This document shows positions 59,865-64,000 of a DNA stretch of 64,000 nt, piece by piece. Source of the DNA: Gammaproteobacteria bacterium (GTDB taxonomy: Bacteria; Pseudomonadota; Gammaproteobacteria; CAJXQU01); contig CBDEGZ010000003.1 in NCBI GenBank assembly GCA_965238175.1, forward strand, positions 1,888,001 through 1,952,000. The letters run 5' to 3'. The stretch's first letter is position 1. Each line of letters begins with the position of its first letter. The notes beneath the pieces are model-generated. The model worked only from the letters and a program-made list of their open reading frames with translations, ran no database searches and was not told the origin of the DNA. The position numbers were made by a program, and so were the translations under genes.

Positions 59865-62726
59865 TTGGAGCAGTTGGAATTTATTATTGGACAACGTTGG
59901 ATTAGCAATACTGAATCTGAACTTGGGCTTGGCATGGTGGCTGAAAATAACGGGCGTTTAATCACGATTAGCTTCCCGGCAGCCGGAGAAAGGCGTACTT
60001 ATGCGATAGATAATGCGCCATTAAGTCGCGTTGAGTATTCCGTAGGTGATTTAATTTGTAGCGATGAGAAAATCCAAATGATCGTTTCGGAGCGAGCCAA
60101 TCATGATGGGATTTATATTTATTCCGGACAAGGTGAAGATGGTAACACGATCCAGATAGACGAGTTGGAACTTGATAGTTTTGTCCAATTCAGTAAACCA
60201 CAGGATCGTTTGTTTGCCGGGCAGGTGGATAAAAACAGTAGTTTTCAGTTGCGGGTAGAGACGCTGACATTAATGCGTAAACATCAGCAATCTTCAGCCT
60301 ACGGTTTGTTGGGGCCGAGGGTACAATTATTAGCTCATCAATTTTATATCGCGGATCAAGTCTCGCAGCGACATTCTCCTCGGGTTTTATTGGCAGATGA
60401 AGTTGGCCTTGGAAAAACCATTGAAGCAGGATTGATTCTCCATCATCAGATCGTTACTGGCAGCGCACGTCGTGTTTTGATCGTCGTTCCAGATTCTCTG
60501 GTACATCAATGGTTGGTTGAGATGCTGCGACGATTTAATCTTTATTTCACCATTTTAGATGATGAACGTTGTTTTGCGATTGCTGAATCAGAGGAGGGTA
60601 ACCCTTTCGAGAGTTCGCAACTGGTTTTATGTTGTTTAAGTTTCCTGGTCGATAACCCTGAGCGCCATGCGGAGGCGATGGCAGCGGATTGGGATTTGAT
60701 GATTGTTGATGAAGCACATCATCTACTTTGGAGCGAGCAAAGTGCGAGTCCTGAATATCAATGTATAGAATCCCTGGCTGCTAAAATTGCTAGTCTGTTG
60801 TTGTTAACCGCAACACCAGAGCAGTTAGGTCTGGAAAGTCATTTTGCACGCCTGCGGTTATTGGATCCTGATCGATATTACGATCTAAATAAATTTCGTG
60901 AAGAAGAGTCTGGCTATCAAGAGATCAGTCTTTTAATTGATCTATTGAGTCAGGCAGATCGGGCAGATATTAAAGATAAAATGCAAAATCAATCTGAAGA
61001 TTTGATCAATATCGAGAAATACCTTGATGATGATTTTGTGACAGGATTGTTGGCCGATGATGAACATTTTCAACAGAAAATAGATGTTGCGATTAATGAT
61101 CTGATTGATCGGCATGGAACAGGCCGGGTTTTATTTCGAAATACGCGCGAGGCAGTGAAGGGTTTTCCTAAGAGAAAACTGATTTCTTATCCTTTAGAGA
61201 GTCAAAAAGATCAGACAATACTAGAACCATTGACTATAGAACAAATAATTCATCCGGAATTGATTTTTGGTGAAGTATGGTTGTTCGATGATCCTCGTGT
61301 TGAATGGTTGTCTGCTTGGTTGCAGGAACATCGCGATCAAAAAATATTAGTGATCTGCTCGCTTGCACAAACGGCACAAGAACTCGAGGAATATTTAAGG
61401 ACACGTATTGGGATCCGTTCGGCCGTTTTTCATCAAGGAATGTCGCTCGTAAATCGAGATCGGGCTGCGGCATATTTTGCAGATGGTGAGGATGGTGCGC
61501 AGATTTTAATTTGTTCTGAGATTGGAAGTGAAGGACGCAATTTTCAATTTTCTCATCATCTCGTTATATTTGATCTGCCATTTAATCCAGATCTGCTGGA
61601 ACAGCGAATTGGTCGTTTAGATCGAATTGGTCAAACCGAAACAATCCAGATACATGTGCCTTATTACGAAGGGACTAGCATAGAAGGATTATTAAGGTGG
61701 TATCACGAAGGCTTAAATGCGATTGAGCGTGTTTGTCCTGTCAGCTCGAATATTTTTCAAACTGTTAGAGAGGCGTTAGAAAAAGTATTATTGGAAAATA
61801 ACCTTGATGCCTTAAATGGTTTGATCAAAACAACTCATGAGCAGACAGAATCATTATTAGCAAACTTACAAGGTGGACGAAATAAATTACTTGAGTTGAG
61901 TTCTTGTCACCCACAAGGTGCCGCAGAAGTGGTTGAAAATGTAACTGGTTCAACTAGCAGCCTTGAACTAGAAGGTTATATGGAGAAAATATTTGATCAG
62001 TTTGGTGTTGATCATCAGGTTCATAGCCAGCACGCAGTTGTTTTACATCCTGGTGATCATATGACGTGTCATACTTTTCCTGGTTTGTCTGAAGATGGAA
62101 TGACGGCAACTTACCAACGATCAATGGCAATAAGCCGTGAAGATATGCAGTTTCTTACCTGGGAACATCCGATGGTCAGTGGTGCGATCGATATGATCCT
62201 TGATGGTGATTTTGGAAATACGGCTTTTTGCACATTGAAATTAGCGGGGTTAAAAGCGGGGACACTCCTACTAGAAGCGATCTTTATCGTTCATTGTCCG
62301 GCGCCTAAAAATTTGCAATTGCATCGCTATTTACCAATGACGACGATCAGAATTGTTGTTGACAGTTTAGAGCGAGATTTAAGTGAAGCCTTACCGACAG
62401 AAAGACTTAATCGATTAGCAGAACGCGTGTCATTACAATCAGCCCATGAAGTGATCAAATATGCGCGTCCGCAAATAAATGAACTGATTATTGATGCTGA
62501 AAAACGTTCTGTCAGTCTTCGAGACAAGATTATTGAGGATGCGCTGCAGAAGATGATGGACAATCAAGACATGGAGATTAACCGGCTGCAAGCCTTATCA
62601 AAAGTAAATACAAGCATTCGGGCTGACGAAATTGAGTATATGAAAACTAACCGCGATCAATTAAAACAATATATGCAAAGTGCGAGCTTAAAGCTTGATG
62701 CAATACGAGTAGTCTTAGCTACTTAG
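59865..62726 (+). CDS. rapA: RNA polymerase-associated SWI2/SNF2 ATPase RapA
   Basis: GQRWISNTESELGLG, LADEVGLGKTIEAG, DEAHH, SEGRNFQ and EQRIGRLDRIGQ motifs; exact start uncertain. Confidence 0.95.
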   Translation: MEQLEFIIGQRWISNTESELGLGMVAENNGRLITISFPAAGERRTYAIDNAPLSRVEYSVGDLICSDEKIQMIVSERANHDGIYIYSGQGEDGNTIQIDELELDSFVQFSKPQDRLFAGQVDKNSSFQLRVETLTLMRKHQQSSAYGLLGPRVQLLAHQFYIADQVSQRHSPRVLLADEVGLGKTIEAGLILHHQIVTGSARRVLIVVPDSLVHQWLVEMLRRFNLYFTILDDERCFAIAESEEGNPFESSQLVLCCLSFLVDNPERHAEAMAADWDLMIVDEAHHLLWSEQSASPEYQCIESLAAKIASLLLLTATPEQLGLESHFARLRLLDPDRYYDLNKFREEESGYQEISLLIDLLSQADRADIKDKMQNQSEDLINIEKYLDDDFVTGLLADDEHFQQKIDVAINDLIDRHGTGRVLFRNTREAVKGFPKRKLISYPLESQKDQTILEPLTIEQIIHPELIFGEVWLFDDPRVEWLSAWLQEHRDQKILVICSLAQTAQELEEYLRTRIGIRSAVFHQGMSLVNRDRAAAYFADGEDGAQILICSEIGSEGRNFQFSHHLVIFDLPFNPDLLEQRIGRLDRIGQTETIQIHVPYYEGTSIEGLLRWYHEGLNAIERVCPVSSNIFQTVREALEKVLLENNLDALNGLIKTTHEQTESLLANLQGGRNKLLELSSCHPQGAAEVVENVTGSTSSLELEGYMEKIFDQFGVDHQVHSQHAVVLHPGDHMTCHTFPGLSEDGMTATYQRSMAISREDMQFLTWEHPMVSGAIDMILDGDFGNTAFCTLKLAGLKAGTLLLEAIFIVHCPAPKNLQLHRYLPMTTIRIVVDSLERDLSEALPTERLNRLAERVSLQSAHEVIKYARPQINELIIDAEKRSVSLRDKIIEDALQKMMDNQDMEINRLQALSKVNTSIRADEIEYMKTNRDQLKQYMQSASLKLDAIRVVLAT

Positions 62727-62809
62727 GGGCTATCTGGACTCAGAGAAAAATAAAGTAACAATTTTCTTATTTAAGAAAGTGACTACTTTAGCCGATAAAT
62801 AAGGTTGGT

Positions 62810-63793
62810 ATGACTATTTTAAATCGTCTCAGTTTAATTCCTTTAATTTTGATCTGTGTGATCAATTTATCTGCTTGTAATTCCGGATCAGGTTCTGACA
62901 AGACCTGGACACCAGAAACAGATGGAGTTCTAGCCGCAGGAGTTTCTAACACCGGGCGTTATGTTCTGTTGGGAACGGATGCGGGTAAAGCCAATCTTTG
63001 GGAATTAGGTAAAAAAAAGAAACCTTCATTACTACATTCATGGCAGCATCAGGAGGCCGGTAAGGGTGGTATTATCGCAGTCGCACTTTCTGAAGATGAT
63101 AAATTTGCGTTGACCGCTGAAGATGATTCTTTAGCCTGGTGGGATGTGAAAAGTGGTAAGATCCTCGGTTACTGGAAACTCAAAGGAATAAAGTCAATCG
63201 CACTTTCGAAAGATGGACAATATGCGATGATCGGCTTACGCGATTATGCGCAGTTTTTTTCGTTGAAAAAATCAAAAGCAGTTTTTACATTTGAACATCC
63301 TGATTTTGTAAAAGCCGTTGCGATTTCTGATGATAAGCGATATGCGATAACCGGATCGGATAATGCTGAAGCAAGACTTTGGTCTCTAGAATCTGGAAAA
63401 CTCAAACATACCTGGAAATATAAAACCAAACTTTATTCTGTTGCATTGTCATCCGATGGTAAGCTTGCAATGACAAATGCGGTGTTGGGTGAAACAAAAA
63501 TCTGGAAAACAAAAAGTGGCAAGATATTGCATAAAATACCGCCCAGAAGAGTGACCATTTCTGCGGCCGCTTTTGATTTAAAAGGTAAGAAGTTAGTTGC
63601 AGGAAGAGTGACGCAAGGGATCGATTTGTTAAGTATGAAATCCGGTGATAGTTTACAAAAGTGGCAACCTAAAAAAGCGGATGATTGGCGACCAAGTTCA
63701 GCGAATATTCTGGCGATCAATTTTGTCGATAAAGATAAAAAAATTCTTAGTGTTACATCCAATGGAATCGTACAACGTTGGAAAATAAAATAG
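62810..63793 (+). CDS. WD40-repeat lipoprotein
   Basis: Lipobox LSAC; repeats such as AVAISDDKRYAITGSDNAEARLW. Confidence 0.85.
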   Translation: MTILNRLSLIPLILICVINLSACNSGSGSDKTWTPETDGVLAAGVSNTGRYVLLGTDAGKANLWELGKKKKPSLLHSWQHQEAGKGGIIAVALSEDDKFALTAEDDSLAWWDVKSGKILGYWKLKGIKSIALSKDGQYAMIGLRDYAQFFSLKKSKAVFTFEHPDFVKAVAISDDKRYAITGSDNAEARLWSLESGKLKHTWKYKTKLYSVALSSDGKLAMTNAVLGETKIWKTKSGKILHKIPPRRVTISAAAFDLKGKKLVAGRVTQGIDLLSMKSGDSLQKWQPKKADDWRPSSANILAINFVDKDKKILSVTSNGIVQRWKIK

Positions 63794-63865
63794 ATTCTAT
63801 AAAATCAGATAAAAACTCATTTTTGGTATTCGAAAAAATATAGCGAGAAAATACTTTTTCTTGAT

Positions 63866-64000
63866 TCAATAACGTTTATTTTCTTCCCATTCAAGCGATG
63901 TTTTTACGATCAACTTTAGGTCATCAAATTGCGGTTTCCAATTCAATATTTCTTGAATTCGATCAGCTTTGGCAATGAGCGTTGGAGGATCACCTGCTCG
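63866..64000 (-). CDS. galE: C-terminus of UDP-glucose 4-epimerase (truncated by the window edge)
   Basis: RAGDPPTLIAKADRIQEILNWKPQFDDLKLIVKTSLEWE...*. Confidence 0.8.
   Translation of the reverse strand, partial: RAGDPPTLIAKADRIQEILNWKPQFDDLKLIVKTSLEWEENKRY

Overview
AT-rich gammaproteobacterial chromosomal segment. Contents in order: (1) the distal part of an aryl-polyene-type type II FAS/PKS cluster (1-10.5 kb); (2) a tRNA-Ser gene split by a 227-nt ORF-less group I (IC3-like) intron, which splices to give anticodon UGA; (3) leuB-asd-fimV-ecfT-like-truA, with an IS481-family element inserted in the last codons of truA; (4) a hybrid histidine kinase; (5) comEC-exbB-exbD-lpxK-trm112-kdsB, then LMW-PTP, infA, bpt, aat, an HDAC-family gene and sbcB; (6) an accessory block with a CHASE2 class III cyclase, a FecR/TPR/beta-barrel receptor, a small secreted protein, a Crp regulator and an S8 peptidase, with two near-identical CRP-type boxes in matching promoter geometry, suggesting a self-contained trans-envelope cyclic-nucleotide circuit; (7) a matrixin/FG-GAP protease pair and several housekeeping genes; (8) a TIGR03032-like gene beside a repetitive PEP-CTERM-type surface protein, a RAYT/REP remnant, rapA, a WD40 lipoprotein and the end of galE. 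Several MITE-like palindromes and gene remnants are also present. No CRISPR array or rRNA was seen. All family calls come from motif recognition by eye; no database searches were run.
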